Source: Octopus sinensis (taxonomy: Eukaryota). Taken from it: a stretch of DNA of 64,000 nucleotides. The translations under genes and the position numbers were made by a program. The DNA lies in assembly GCF_006345805.1 (NCBI RefSeq), contig NC_043015.1:4650001-4714000 (forward strand). The letters run 5' to 3'. Positions 27,076 to 42,428 of this stretch are shown here, piece by piece (the first letter of the stretch is position 1; every line of letters starts with the position of its first letter). The notes below the pieces were generated by a model, which was not told the origin of the DNA, did not search any database, and saw only the letters and a list, made by a program, of their open reading frames with translations.

Positions 27076-28594
27076 TTGAGATATCAAGAATTTTGACAGG
27101 AGAGTATTATCAAGTGGAACTACCATGTCCAGCAGCTGAGTTGTACTGCAATAGAACGGGAAGCACCAAATCTTCAATCAGATACTACTCCAAGAATGAG
27201 CTATGATCATTGGAGATGAAGTAAATTGTATTATACATTTTTGATAGACTGCTGTTTGCGAGTTAACAATAAAGTAGATAGAAGTGTAAAAGGTAGAAAT
27301 GTCAGAGAATGGAGAAAAGAAAAACAACTTTGTGTCGGCCTAAAAGAAGTTAATAAACCAAGCTAGTATATTTCATTGATGGGGAATTAAAATAATTAAA
27401 AGAATCATAAGAGGAAAATATGGGTATCAGGAGTGAGTGGCTACAGCGTAAAGGTTGAATAGGGAAATGAAACAGCATAGTCTGTATTGAAAGAACTAAA
27501 GTCGGCATGGTAATGGGAAAAAAACAAACAATGAAAGCTAACGTAATTAGATTTACAGTATTAAGCATTTGATGGTTACACAAAAAAATTAATACCTGAA
27601 GATTTAAAAAGTAAAAGCGAAATATTTTAATGTGATTAAAAGAAGTTGTAAATAATTCAGAAAGCATAAAACTATTAAATTTGAAATACTTTCACAAAGG
27701 AAGAACAGCTAACTGAATAAAAATGACATAAATATGTTTTGGATATTATTATAACTCCAAACAATATTGGCATCCGTAATTTAATCAGTGCTTCTGCCAT
27801 AGGAATGTGGAAATATATGCAGAGAAGAAAGTCAAACGATCAATGCTGGAAAAGATGGATTGAATATGACGTAAACATATGTAGAAGACACCACCTGGAG
27901 CAAATGTAAATTTGCGAAGCAGAAAACATGTCTGATATTGAAAATACATACAATTTATATGGGAAAATACAATTTGTATGGGAAAAGATTAACTTTAGCA
28001 GCTTAGAAGACTCAAAAAAGAATCAATCAAAATATACCATTATACACTGAGTAAAGCCCCTCGGGGATAATGGAAATTTGGGGTTAGATGGTACACAGTT
28101 TTTTTGTATCATTTAGGATTAAATGGTGTTCAGTTTTCCCATATTAGAACATCAATAGAACTTTTGAACATGGATTTGGGAACCCTCGAGAACATATAGT
28201 GAAAAGGAAATATATAATAAAGCATTCAAAACGGTAAAAAGCAGTGAAGAGCAAGAAAAACCAATCGCTATGTCCTTGAACGTGTAAATCTGCTACAAAA
28301 TCGGAAAGACAAAGGACTGGTTGGGAATTTTCACGTATATTTTTTTTTCATAACAGTACATTGGATATCCGTACCCCTGAATAAATGGTAATGCAAACAA
28401 CGTGGCTGAGGGAATGGCTGAGGGACGCGTATCTTTGATAATGAAAAAAACAACAAATGAAAATGTAGTTAAAATTATTTACTAGTCATCTACTTTAATC
28501 TCTTGGGGAAGTTGCTAACAAGTATTTCAGCGAAAGCAACAGATCAAGAAAACGAAGTTGTTTGATGCACTAAAATTAATAATATTGTCAATGG

Positions 28595-28695
28595 TAAGCA
28601 GCTTGCTTACAAACCACATGGTTCCAGGTTCAGTCCCATTGCGTGGCACCTTGGGCAAATGTCTTCTACTATAGCCTCAGGCCGCCCAAAGCCTC
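28595..28695 (+). mobile_element. SINE family B 5' fragment
   Basis: AACCACATGGTTCCAGGTTCAGTCCCATTGCGTGGCACCTTGGGCAAATGTCTTCTACTATAGCCTCAGG. Confidence 0.85.
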
Positions 28696-29818
28696 GTCTG
28701 AAACTTCAATGTAAGACGCAATTTTCGATAACACCTGTTGGATTTAGAATGTACAGAAAAATAAAGAAAAGATATAGACGTCGATGAATATAGAATACAT
28801 TTGTCCATAATTAAATACATTTATTCTTAGCAAGCACGTCTACGTCATCAATGCAAAAACATTTGAGACGTTCTTAAACTTAATTCTTCACAAGCTGATA
28901 ACACCCGAGTATTGTCATTTACTATATATTGCAACCGAATGAGCAGTAACAATTATTATTACTAAATTTATGCCCCGGAATTATATGAAAATATTATAAA
29001 AGCAAGGAAAAAGATGACTGCTCACAATTGCGTATAAAATGACAGACACATGCACATATACATATTTGCAGACACACGCATAGATGTGCACAAACACACA
29101 CATATCCACACAGGCCCACTTATATAAAGAGAATAAGGCAGATGATAGTTCTGCTGGCACGAGATTACAATCTTCAGCAATAACTATCATGACAATTTCC
29201 TCTTAAAATGATTCTATAAATATACAGGAACCTCGCATATCATCATACTGTTGAGCAACTTTTGATTACCAGAACAGATATAAACTATCACGTGACATTC
29301 AGTCTCCCGCTTGTAAACACCACTTTGGTGATAATCGATATTCTAAGTGCTTAAATAATTAAACAAAAACATATAGAAATAAATACATAAATACATCGAA
29401 GTTTTATTTCAATCCAAATGCATTCATGTGCATGTATCTAAGGCAATGATTGTAATTTTATGGCGAGGCCATCACGGTGATTTTAACCTTAGAATTTATA
29501 ATTTACAGTTACCGTTAAGAACGGAAATTTATTTTGCACTTTTTCAATGATCATTCACTAATCAGTCCTTTCGCAACCAGGTCATTAACCACGGCTATAA
29601 TTAAAATTTCGAACAATATCAGCCTTCTAATATAACTCACGGTGCTCGCAAAGAGTTAATTTCACAATTACGCTATATTCTAATATTGTTCATACTAAAG
29701 AAAGACATGTTTTATTACTAGGCTACCGAAATAATCATTATGACAAAATTATACGAGAATTGCACACATAAATATAGGAGTGTGTGTATATACATACATA
29801 CAAACATACATATATATA

Positions 29819-29867
<49 letters not shown>

Positions 29868-29925
29868 TACATACATATATGTATGTATATATATATATGT
29901 ATTTCTCTCTGTCTCTGTGTATATA

Positions 29926-29958
<33 letters not shown>

Positions 29959-30429
29959 CTCACATATATACATAGAGGCGTGTACATATATGTATGTACA
30001 TAGATTGAAATATAGATATAATTGGTCATTATATTATTACATTAACACTTTCATTTATTGCCTGCTTCCAGGTTGTTACACCTCCAAACTTCTAATGTAT
30101 CTCATATCGTAACCATTAATATTTTGAGCCAAGTAATTATTTCATCTTCATTCATTTACGAAATTCTTAATTACTAATATTAAAAGTCATTTACAGAGAG
30201 ACACATAGAATAACATCTACATACATAAATTCATACAGCACATACACACGCACATATATATAAGTATATATACAAACATACATATATATATATATATATG
30301 CACTGTTCTATGCATGTATATACATATATATATATATATATTTTGTGTGCGTGCGTGCATGTGTACACTCACACACATATATATATATATACTTATATAT
30401 ACAATTTTATATATGTGTATGGAATAATA

Positions 30430-30885
30430 TATTAGTTGAATAAACTTAAAACATGGTCTGGTTTTCACGTTTTTATTAGAGTATTTGGAAATTTAAAACA
30501 AATTCTAATATTCATAACGTCAAATTTGCGCTTTCATGCATATTGAAATCATCAGATTAAAATGTGTTTAATTGACAGTTGCGTTTTTGACAATTTTATT
30601 ACCTCTGAGTACGCTCCAACAGGCTGCATTTTTAGAATATATTTTTAACCGATCCGCATGCATTATAAACACCACGGTTTGTCAGGCGTACCGATATTCT
30701 ATAACTTGTTGATTCCTTTATGTTAGAGATATTTTTTAATCTATAGTAATAACTGGTTATCATATTATTGCTGTTATTTCTGTTCAGAACAGATTTAAAC
30801 ATTTTAATAAACCGATTTTCTTTTGTCTTTCTTCCGACATCATTTGTGTCGTGTTCTTTGTGCAAACGAAAAATTAGAGCCATTT
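30430..30885 (-). mobile_element. Inverted 5' pseudo-LTR of a Penelope-like element
   Basis: Reverse complement is alignable to 31660-32035: ENRFIKMFKSVLNRNNSN vs EKRFIKMSKPIRSGNNSN, with shared GGATCGGT, CTGATGA..GAAA and ACCATGTTTTAA blocks. Confidence 0.8.
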
Positions 30886-31129
30886 TCTGACCCCTATGTC
30901 TCTATAAGCCCCAGTACCTAAATTTCAAATCACGGTTCCCAGCTGACAAAAAATGCAATATCCTGTTCTTTCTAACCAGCAAAATTCGTACTATAGTTGA
31001 TGATCCAAATACCAGAAACCCATGACTTATAGAACTAAATTTATTTCTGCTCAAACAACATTACATCTCTTACTTATAGAATATAATATACAACGAGCAA
31101 AAAGGTAACTATGGAACAAGCTATATCTA

Positions 31130-31760
31130 CGTGAAACAGAATAAACCATCAAATGACCAAAATACCATTTCTCGTAACACACAAACAGTATCATCAAAAC
31201 ATTTTTAACAACATCAAAACAAATTTGTCAATCAATAAACAGAGTAACATAAATCACAATAACTAATGAAAGACTTATCTTAAGCAAAAGACAACTGCTT
31301 CACGTAGAGAAACAATTAACAAAGGTAAAATTCTACCTGAACAATGAAGATAAAACATTCACTGTATCCAAGTGTAATAATAGGATATGTGGAACGTGCC
31401 AAAACATACATACGGGTAGATCTATTAGAGCAAAAAATGGACAGATTTTTACGAATGTAGAGATAAACTATAAAAGCAGAAATTGAATATACTGCATTAA
31501 ATGCCCGAATTGCGAGGTATTATATAGGCGAAACGGAGAATTCAATATCGGTACGTACACGAGTCCACAGACAATAAGTCCGGAACGCCAATGTTTACCA
31601 GATTCACTTAAACGAACTTATAGAGACATGTAGTCAGAAAATACTTCTACTTTTCTCCTTTCCACGAACTACATGATGCAAGTAATGTTGGATGAAATAT
31701 AAAAGAAAAACGGTTTATTAAAATGTCCAAACCTATTCGGAGCGGAAATAACAGCAATAA
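31130..31760 (+). pseudogene. Decayed PLE RT-thumb, Cys-rich linker and GIY-YIG endonuclease (Neptune-type)
   Basis: IPFLVTH...SKRQLLHVEKQLTKVKF; CNNRICGTC (C-x4-C-x2-C); IYCIKCPNCE / YYIGETENSISVRTRVHRQ; KEKRFI. Contains frameshifts and stops. Confidence 0.85.
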
Positions 31761-32035
31761 TATAACTATCGGTACGCCTAGAAAACTGTGATGCTTAAGA
31801 TATAGGCGGATCGGTCAAAAAGGTATTCTGAAAATTGAGCTTCTTGGAGCGTTCTAAATGGTACTAAAGTTGTCAAGAACTCAACTGTCACTTAAAACAT
31901 TTGGAATCTGATGACTACACTATGTATGAAATAGCCAATTTAACTTTATGAGCAATATAGTTTTTTTTAATGCTAAGATACCATAATAGAGATGTGAAAA
32001 CCAAACCATGTTTTAACGTTATTCAACTCACTATG
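31760..32035 (+). mobile_element. 3' UTR/pLTR of the Neptune-type PLE with decayed hammerhead (CTGATGA 31908-31914, GAAA 31928-31931)
   Basis: Follows the endonuclease and is mirrored at 30430-30700. CTGATGA-13 nt-GAAA spacing is kept in both arms. Confidence 0.65.
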
Positions 32036-32049
32036 TCTTACTATTATTC

Positions 32050-33233
32050 AACGCGACGCCTGTGAGAAGAAGAGCACCAAGTCGTAATTCATTCTGCCAG
32101 AAATTCGGAAACGAGTGGCAATATTGCTAGATATCCCTGCCGGAAACTGCATTACGAATATTTCAGAGTCAATCTGAGGAGAGTGCAGACGAAACGGAAA
32201 GAGTTGAATGAGTTGAATGCGGAATTACGAAGGTACGGCACCCTGGAAAAATCAATCTGATCGCCGGGATAAGAAAAGAACACCAAAATTTGTTGGCAAG
32301 ATCCAGGCCATAATTGACAAAGATACTTGCATGTCAATCAGGTCAATCGCCAGGGACATATGAGTCTCTGAGTTACTTAACAAGCAGGTTGTACATGAAG
32401 ATACCCGATATTCCTCAAGGAAGGTGTGAAAAGGCCAATTTTTGTCCCAAGCCATCGGAGACAAAAGCAAACACCGCGCTACGAAGCTGTTGATGAAGCT
32501 CAAACTTCCTACCCAACCGAACATTATTTTGGTTTTTCTCAGAAGAGAAAAGTTTCTTCTAGCATCGGATGGGGAACACACAGAACAACCGATGGCTTAC
32601 CATGTCACTAAAGCATGTACCAAGTGTGATAAAAAGGAAACATCCGGTCAACATCATGGTGTTTGGTGTGATCACTAGTGATGGCGACGTTATTCCTCCA
32701 TTCGTCTTGCAACACAACCTCACACTCAATACAGAGTCCTACAACAAGTGACAGGAGAAAGTTGTGCCCTGGGTCAAGAAGGTGGCTGGTGGAAGACCTT
32801 ATATCTGGCAATATGTCTCTATACCATGCCATAAAAGCAAGAGAACCCAGTCAAGACCCTCAGATAATTTCTGCTCCTACATCACCTAACATCTGCTAAG
32901 TAACTCCCCAAACTACAATGCCATTTATTTTATGTGGGCCGCAGTTGCGCGAGAGACCAATGAAACTCCTAGGAACACCAAAGATGAAGTGAAGCCTAGG
33001 ACTATTGAAGCATCCAGCCATTTAGTCAAGAAGACTGTCCAGAAGAGTGGGAGATTCTGAAGTCGTATGGAAGCCGTGGTGGAAGCCAATGGCGATTTTA
33101 CTGAATAAAATTTACTTTTTCGTATTTGAAGATAATTTTCTGCAATTTTGGTAAATATATCTCTTCTTAATAAAAGATATAAATTGTGTTTTCATTTTTG
33201 CGTAACGTAGATGACAATATATTTCCCGAAACT

Positions 33234-33237
<4 letters not shown>
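32050..33237 (+). mobile_element. Decayed Tc1/mariner of maT (DD37D, Bmmar1-like) type, 5' TIR not seen
   Basis: WFFSEEK, NTQNNRWL, KHPVNIMVFGVITSDGDVIPPF, NSPNYN..MWAAVARETN..NTKDE, RMEAVVEANGDFTE* (stop 33106-33108). Confidence 0.85.
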
Positions 33238-33450
<213 letters not shown>

Positions 33451-34172
33451 ATACACATAAAATATAATGATAAAATCTATATAAGATTTTCACTAGTAGC
33501 CAGCTGCTAAAATAATTAAAGAATTAAATTAATACAGAGTATATCATATTTTTTCTATTTATATATAAAAAGCATTATTATATCAAGAGCTATTACTATC
33601 AGTAAAGCCACTTTAGGGGATCTAAAGTTAAATTAATTGAGCAAATACGCACAGGCGAGGAATCCATTTAAAAAGGTATTTAGCATACCATAAATGTATT
33701 CATGGTCAGCATGTATAACACGTTCTGCCCTCATCAGTACAAACGTAAATAGCAAGATATAAATATAAATACCTAAGCACGCACATACATGTTCATTCCC
33801 TCGAATTCGGTGGGTGTTTATTTTTTGTTGTAGTAGTTTGATTTTAGAGTTACCCTAAGCGAGTGGCATTACTTATAGTAATAGCCCTTGATATAATAAT
33901 GTATGACATAAATTAGTTTCTGAGATAAATTATGTTCTGTGCCTCTCAGAACCTAATTTATGTCTTAACCTGCTCAAGTTGTGGCCACATAAACAACCTT
34001 GCAGATAGCTCTGATCGAACATATTGATAAATGCGCAAGAACTAAAATACCGAATTTCATATTTTTCCATTATACCAATGTAAAGATTCCAAAGTGTTAA
34101 GTGACCGTTTTCAGAGAATACATGAAGCCAAGTTCCAAGTTTCTCTTATGTAGGTTGTTTGTGCAATATCAA

Positions 34173-34430
34173 GTTAGTTAGTAGTTAGTTAGTTAATTTG
34201 GCTCAAAAGCAAATAGCAAGGCCATGTAGGGGGACATGGAGTTAAGTACAGGGTGGTGTTCATGTAAAGAGTTCAGGCCACTTGAGGTCAAGGGAGGCTT
34301 TGAACAAAGCGGCCGTCGGCATCTTCACCATCTCGTCTGGCATCTTGTTCCACGGATCCGCAACCCGGACGGAGAAAGCTCCTCTCCTTCGATTGAGATG
34401 AAATCGTCGCAGGTAGTTGAATTAATGTTG
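34173..34430 (-). mobile_element. CR1/L2-type LINE 3' end with (TAAC)n tail
   Basis: Minus translation LRRFHLNRRRGAFSVRVADPWNKM / EMVKMPTAALFKASLDLKWPELFT*, matching the typical FSxRVxxxWNxL terminus. Short tandem tail at 34173-34195. Confidence 0.8.
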
Positions 34431-35062
34431 ATTGGAACGATACGCCTAAAGGGAACTCTAAGAGTAGAAATAATATGAACAATAACATCGGCTGAGAATA
34501 TTCTCCATAAATAGCTTCAGTAAACAAACAGAACAATGGACACACCTGCAAACAAAACTATATCACCGACATCCAATGAAAATGTTACTTCAACAACATT
34601 GCCTTGACGTAAGAGAAATAATCACAAAACCGGTGCCAATAAGCGATGTACATCATGCATTCTCATGCATAAGACGCCACGCAATACTTGAATGTCGATC
34701 TACGACGTAAAGTGTTATAATCCTATTTCTGTTCGATAAGCTGGAACGTATTAGATATATATCTATACGAGTAAGACCCTAGCGCCGAACATCTTCATTC
34801 GATGCATAACGTGAGGCAAGTTACGCTGGAGTTGGCGACAGTTTCAATGCTGATAGCCAGCTAGTGAAAATTGAGCACAAATACAGGACTGGGGGAATAA
34901 TGGATTTACTTGAATAAGAGCCAGATTTATATACTCAATACGAATTATGTAAAACAGCAAAGACTATTTTAAAAGAATAATATTCTTAATTTATTGAAAT
35001 AAATACTTCTATATATGTATAGATGTATACATTAAAACACACACAAAACACACGTATGTATG

Positions 35063-35110
<48 letters not shown>

Positions 35111-35151
35111 ATATTATATATATATATATACATATATATTTATGCAATAAT

Positions 35152-35690
<539 letters not shown>

Positions 35691-35794
35691 TAAATGCAGA
35701 CGTCACTAAAAAGACGGAACTATTAAGCATACTGCCAGTATGCTTACTCTTTTACTGGTTTCAGTCATTTTGACTGCGGCCATGCTTTATATAA

Positions 35795-36112
35795 TGGTTA
35801 GAGCGTCGAGCTTACGATCGTGAGGTTGTGAGCTCGAATCCCGGACCGGGCTGCGTATTGTGTTCTTGAACAAGACACTTTATTCCACGTTGCTCCAGTT
35901 CGCTCAGAACTGTAGAAATGAGTTGTGACATCACTGGTGCCAAGATTTATCGGTCCTTGCCTTTCCCTTGGATAACACTGGTGGCGTGGAGAGGGGAGGC
36001 TGTTATGCATGGGCGACTGCTGGTCTGCCATAAACAATCTTGCCCGGACTAGTGCCTGAGATGGTAACTTTCTTAGTGCAATCCCATGGTCTGTATCTTG
36101 ACCAAAGGGGAA
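35795..36112 (+). mobile_element. tRNA-derived SINE family C, copy 1 (5' clipped)
   Basis: TGGTTAGAGCGTCGAGCTTACGATCGTGAGG..GCTCGAATCCCGGACCG; tandem with the next copy. Confidence 0.85.
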
Positions 36113-36447
36113 GTGGAGGCGCATGGCTCAGTGGTTAGATCGTCGAGCTTACGATCGTGAGGTTGTGAGTTCGGATCCCGGACCGGGCTGGGTGTTGTGT
36201 TCTTGAGCAAGATACTTTATTTCACGTTACTCCAGTTCACTCAGCTGTAGAAATGAGTTGCGACGTCACAGGTGCCAAGCTGTATGGGCCTTTGCCTTTC
36301 CCTTGGATAACACTGGCGGCGCGGAGAGTGGAGGCCGATATGCATGGGCGACTGCTGGTCTTCCATAAACAACCTTGCCCGGACTAATGCCTGGGAGGGT
36401 AATTTCTAGGTGCAATCCCATGGTCATTCATGACCGAAGTGGGTCTC
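36113..36447 (+). mobile_element. tRNA-derived SINE family C, copy 2
   Basis: GTGGAGGCGCATGGCTCAGTGGTTAG..GAGTTCGGATCCCGG; colinear with copy 1. Confidence 0.88.
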
Positions 36448-37669
36448 AGCATATATTTTCAAATATATGAAGCCGTATCTATGCACTGTAGCGTGCATGT
36501 ATATGTGTGCATTGTAAAAAAAAAACAAAATGGGAGTTACATTTGAACCCTCCTAATGATCGACGTTATAATTATAGTTCTAATAAATAATATGTTTCGA
36601 TAGCTTTATTTTTCGATAACAACTTTAAAAATGTTAATGAATAAATGTATATACTTCTCTAAGTAGTACGTTTATTGTGTCATAAAAACAATATCCATGT
36701 AGCCAGTACAAACTTACAGACAGATGAATAAATTCTATAACTCTTCCATCAAAATTATGTTGTCATATACATTTATATACTTTTACAAAATTACATATCT
36801 ATTTTGTTTTGCTATTGCTGCGTATTTATTATTTTCATTTGAATGGAACTATACTTTAGAAAACATATTCCTTCAAATAATGTGATAGTCGGTTCGATTG
36901 CAATCCTATGTTACAGTACAAATGTCGGTTGTAAGGGGAATAACAATGTTGTTCACAATATCAGTCGGAAATAAATTTTCTAGTTTAAATCCATTAAGAT
37001 GATGTACGTAATTAGAAATTTGTAAAATAAAAAAAGAACATTGCAATTTCAACTGACTGAAACGTAGTGTAACATTAATGTTAAGGAAATATTTCTTAAC
37101 ATTAGAGTAGATTAGGCCAAATGTCCGAAGAGATACGTTCGCGTTAACAAGCAAATCACACGAATTTAACAGTATAAGAAAAATATAATTGTTGGTGTTT
37201 ACACATATATATTATGTATACCGGGAGTGTTTAAATTAGTCACTAGAAAATTAATTAGGTTATAAATTTCAGCGGTGTCTAATAAGGACATCTTGGAAGG
37301 AATAATGCGCTTTCATACAAGCACTATGTAGGAAGGGAATACATATTTGGAGGTTAAGCATTAGAAAGAAAATCATCAGAGCCGCACCACCTCCCATCCC
37401 AATGTTACAATAACAACGATAAATATAGGCATAAAAATATCAGATGGTGAGATCCGGATAAAAGAGCCATTGAGATATTGTTTCGTTTTAATACCTGCAG
37501 CTACATCTAAAGGATACAAAGCTAAATTAATTTCAATATGTGAAGTTCGTGAAACAGGCAGAGACACGATCTTAAATTTAACGATTGTGTACGTGATCAT
37601 TGGAATTTTAATACATTGGAGAAAACGGTTCAACTGCAATCAAGTCAAGCTAGCTGTAATACACGTGAA

Positions 37670-37815
37670 AATGTCCCAGTAACTTAGCAGTTCGGCATAA
37701 GACGTCGATAGAATAATACGAGGTATGCAAATAATAAGCTCTGGTGTTGATCTGGTCGATTAAAAGTGGTGTTTCACCATGGCCGCAGCTAAATGACTGA
37801 AACAATTAAAAGAAT
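37670..37815 (+). mobile_element. SINE family B 3' fragment
   Basis: ACTTAGCAGTTCGGCA...GATAGAATAA...CATGGCCGCAGCTAAATGACTGAAAC. Confidence 0.7.
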
Positions 37816-39986
37816 AAAACAATATTTAATTAGAATTGTCATCCAAAATTCAATTGCTATCATTATAACCATATAACCCCCTAATATATGTCTTCTAAAT
37901 TTAGTCAATCATTATTTTCTGATAAGCCTCCGTAAGCTTTACTCATCGATACTTCAATATTAGTAATATGTCACCTAATCACTATGTCTGTTTTGTTTTG
38001 CGTTTAGCTGTTTTCTGTTTCTAATATGGTTATATCTTTCTGAACATTCTTTAATTTCTAAATAAAACAAATATGCTTCACTCATTGTGTCTAATTTTTA
38101 TAAATCAGTCTTTGATCTGTTTTTGTTAAGAATGCTGAGTAAATCAAGTAATGTGAAATGCTATTAATACAGGTCACACACACATATACAAGCATTCATA
38201 TACGCACTCACTCACACAAACACACACACACATATATATATATCAATACACACACATACACACAAACACATGCACACACACGCACACACACACGCGCACA
38301 CACGCGCGCACACACATACTCACATATATATATGAAGAAAGAAAGGAGGTAGTGAGTGTTTTGGATAATTCTTTATTGACACTGTCTTTCCTTTCATGGA
38401 GTCTCTTCAGATGAAGTTTATAGATACTTCCTTCACCTTTCATACAAATCGAAAAGAGGATGTTTTGCTTTGTTTAGAAAACAAGAAACGACATCCTAAT
38501 TTCCATTTATATAAAAGGCAAAGCAATTTTCTTTTAAACTCATCTGAACCGTCTCCATGAATAGGGCAAAAATGTCAATAAGGAATTATCTAAAATGTTG
38601 ACTACCTCGTTGTTCTTAATATATAAATTTTGTACATCACTTCAGACTATCTTTCTATCTATATGTCCATCTATCTCACAGTAAACAGCAAAATCAGGTT
38701 TTGAATTTTCTTCTAAGCCTATAAACCCGAAAGGATAGATTCCCTTACATGATCCAAAGGAACCACACCCATCGCTATTTTGACAGAGGGATAAATTCAG
38801 TGCACCCAATAATGCTACATGATACGCATATTTTAATGTCCCTCCTTGTACAGATTATAACAGAAACACTCATGGGGTCTTAATTTAGAACAAAGGCGCA
38901 GTAACATGATACCCAACTGCATATTTACTTCGGTAATAGTTCAATTTCAGCATTTCACCTCTACAACAAAACAAAATACTGTTTTACGTTTTAATTATAG
39001 CAGTAGGACAACTCTTTGAAATAGAAATAATCGTTTCATGAAATGATATTAATTGTTGATATTGTTGTTATTGTTCTTGTTGTTATCATTGTTGCTGATT
39101 TTGTTGTGCTTGTTGTTGTTATTCTTCATCTTTCTCTCTGTTGCTGATTGTCTGTTCTTGGTTTACAAATCAACCTTAGTGAACGAGATGAACTTCTACA
39201 CGTGGTTTCTAGATTTGTTTATCGGCAAAACAGCTTCTGTGTCATGCAATGCAATCTTTTATAAAAAAGCCACGTTCACGCGATTTCATGATTAAAAAAA
39301 ACTTAGCAGGACGAACAGTTAGTTACCAAATCTGCAAATAATATCATGGAATACGTATTGGAGCCACGGCCCGGAATATAAACGAGGAACAATGATACAC
39401 TAAGATCCAGAAATAAGATCCCGAAACTGCATCATTTCTAGTTCCCTGCCGCAAATACACGGAAGAAATTATTGATTATTATCGTTTTGGCACAACGTAC
39501 TTGGGAATGATTACTATTCCCGATCGATATAAAACATGATATACAACGAATTTGCCATTTTTCTTCAGTCTCATTCCGGAATAAACAACAGGAAGCTCTT
39601 TCTTGTTCTACTATTGTCTAACCTTCGAAAGCTAATATTAAGTTTCCAGCAAATTCATTTCTTCGGCGGTTGTTTCTCTCTCTATCTCTGTCTGTCTATC
39701 GATCTATCTCTTCCCTCTCTCTGTGTCTCTTCTTTTCTCTTTCTCTCTCATTTATCTTTCCCTCCCTTCTCTCTCACTGTTATACCGTATTTAGCTGTGA
39801 TTTGCTTTTATATTTATTCCTTTCCTTTTTACTAGATAGTACAACAGTTTGTTTAATCTTTGTTATTTTTCGCAACTAATCTACCAACTTTATCTTTATA
39901 GATATGTTCCTGTCATCAGATATGTCGGTGGCATTTGAATAAAAAAAAATAAAGGAAGTTAAGGATGTGAAAAACATCAATCAAAT

Positions 39987-40034
<48 letters not shown>

Positions 40035-40701
40035 TACTACTACTACTGTTGATGCTGCTGCTGCTGCTGGTTCTGCTGTTACTACTACTATTAAATGACG
40101 ACGCCGACAACACCCTTTCATATAAATGTTATTAGCATTTTACTGTAATGCAAATGATATAAATGATAATATAACGTTCATGAAATAATTGATGATGAAC
40201 AATATGAGGGCAGCAAAGGCAATGCTAGTGGTCGAGATGCTGAATGTAGTAGACACATAGGAAAGGGTGGTTAAGTTGGCGTTTGTGAACTTTAAAACAG
40301 GAAATATTTTCGTCAGATGTGTAGGAGATGACAAACCATAGACAACTACTGACTTTAGTTTCGACTGATGTTTTCCAATTGAAAAAAAAAATTAAATATA
40401 ACAATTGAAAGCATAAAATAAACTGAGAAGCTTAAAAAAAAAAAGAGAAAAGAAAAAAAAAACAGAATACGATACATCAAAAACTAAACAAAAATTAAGA
40501 AAAAAAACTGACTGAGATATGAACATAGAGTAATAGATTTAATCAACGGATATCTTAAGAATTCATTAACTATCTAGACAAAAAAAAAATTTTAAATTTA
40601 GGAGAAAAACACTTACGAGTCAGACTGACACATATACATATATGTACATACACGCACAATGCAAACACACAATTCACACACCTAAACACAAAATTATATG
40701 A

Positions 40702-40753
<52 letters not shown>

Positions 40754-41018
40754 GTACATAGTTAAACCGACACAGACATAACAGGCATACACGTTATACA
40801 TATACAAAATCACTGATATATATTCATACAGATATTGGAGTATGTCTAATATTATTGGAAATGAATATTTCGCAAACAGAGCGAAAATAAGTTCATTGTG
40901 CTTACGCGAAAAAAAACATTGAAGTATAATGATAAACAAAATTTAAAATCACTAGAAATGTATACCCTTGCTATGTTTTCGCATGCATACGTACGAACAT
41001 ACATACACACATATATGC

Positions 41019-41101
<83 letters not shown>

Positions 41102-41389
41102 CATACACATGTATGTATCTACTTCTCTCATGGTGTCTGTGTTTGTCTCACTATAAACACTGGACAGCCGGATTTATCTTGTTTATTTCCCGGTAACTTA
41201 GCGGTTCGGGGTAACTCTGGCAGTGTCTGAGGCAGATCCAGCTGGGTTCTTTGAAAGTTGCCTAACCTAGGATGGCTTTAAGGTTAATCACTTTGACCCA
41301 GAAACACAGATATATTCCATGCTGTAGTAAAACTTCTCCTCTACTGTTCCTATATAGGTCAATGTAGTTTCATATTATTTCTTTTATTG

Positions 41390-41765
41390 GCCACAAAATG
41401 ACTGCACAGAGAGGGGAGAAACAAGGACAGACAAACTGATTGACCCCATTGCGTGACTGGTACTTAATTCATCGACCCCGAAATGATGAAAGGCAAAGTC
41501 GACCTCAGCTGAATTTGAAATCAGAACGTAACGTTAAACGAAATACCTATCATTTTACTACCCACAAGGGGCTAAACACAGAAGGGACAAAGGACAGACA
41601 GACGGATTTTACATCGACCCCAGTGCGTAACTGGTACATATTTAATCGACCTTATATGATGAAAGGCAAAGTCGACCTCGGCGAAATTTGAACTGAGAAC
41701 GTAGCGGCAGACGAAATGCCGCTAAGCATTTCGCCCGGCGTGCTAACGTTTCTGCTAGCTCAACG
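41390..41765 (-). mobile_element. Two tandem SINE family A copies
   Basis: GACCCC..GCGT..CTGGTAC..ATCGACC..GAAAGGCAAAGTCGACCTC occurs at ~41440 and ~41615. Confidence 0.88.
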
Positions 41766-42328
41766 CGTTGTAGTTTCATTTGCAGTGAACCTGGTGGTCT
41801 CAGATGCAAACGGCAGTGTGTTCATCATGAAAAGAACCGTAAAATCAATGGATTGTATTATGCCAAATGGCCAAGTCAGATACCGATGGTCGTCAAGACC
41901 AAACAGCCCGGAAAACTGAAGAAAGGTAATTTATGTATAGCATATGTCTTTTGTATCAATTGCCGCGTTGCGTAATTGTGGATCTGAAATGTTTTATCTC
42001 ATTCACTATTGTATTGAATTGCTTATATCGCATTTACACACTACTTCCCAGTACAAAATGTTTCCGTCTTTTTTAGATTCTTTCCTAACTAGCACGCTTC
42101 ACTGTGAGACACTAGTGTCATATATAATGTGAGCTGAGGTGAAATATTGCTATGTCTTCCAGATGTTTGTCCATCACCGACGATGAACATAAGAAGTCCG
42201 GACTAGTTGTTTCGGGTCTAATTTTGTAGGGAGTTCTGTCCTCGCTTGCATATATATATATATAGGTGTGTGTGTGTGTGTTTATGTCGAGTGCAGTATA
42301 CACAGCATAATATATGACTAGCCCTCTT

Positions 42329-42428
<100 letters not shown>

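Noticed and set aside
27100-28300. Purine-rich stretch that looks like decayed coding sequence
   Set aside because: No recognisable motif in manual translations, and frequent stops.
33712-33741. Minus-strand TGTA-CTGATGA-GGGCA-GAAC..TACA hammerhead-like string
   Set aside because: There is no stem II and GAAA is incomplete; it could be chance.
38385-38415. Minus-strand CTGAAGA...GAAA spacing
   Set aside because: No stem I, II or III pairing.
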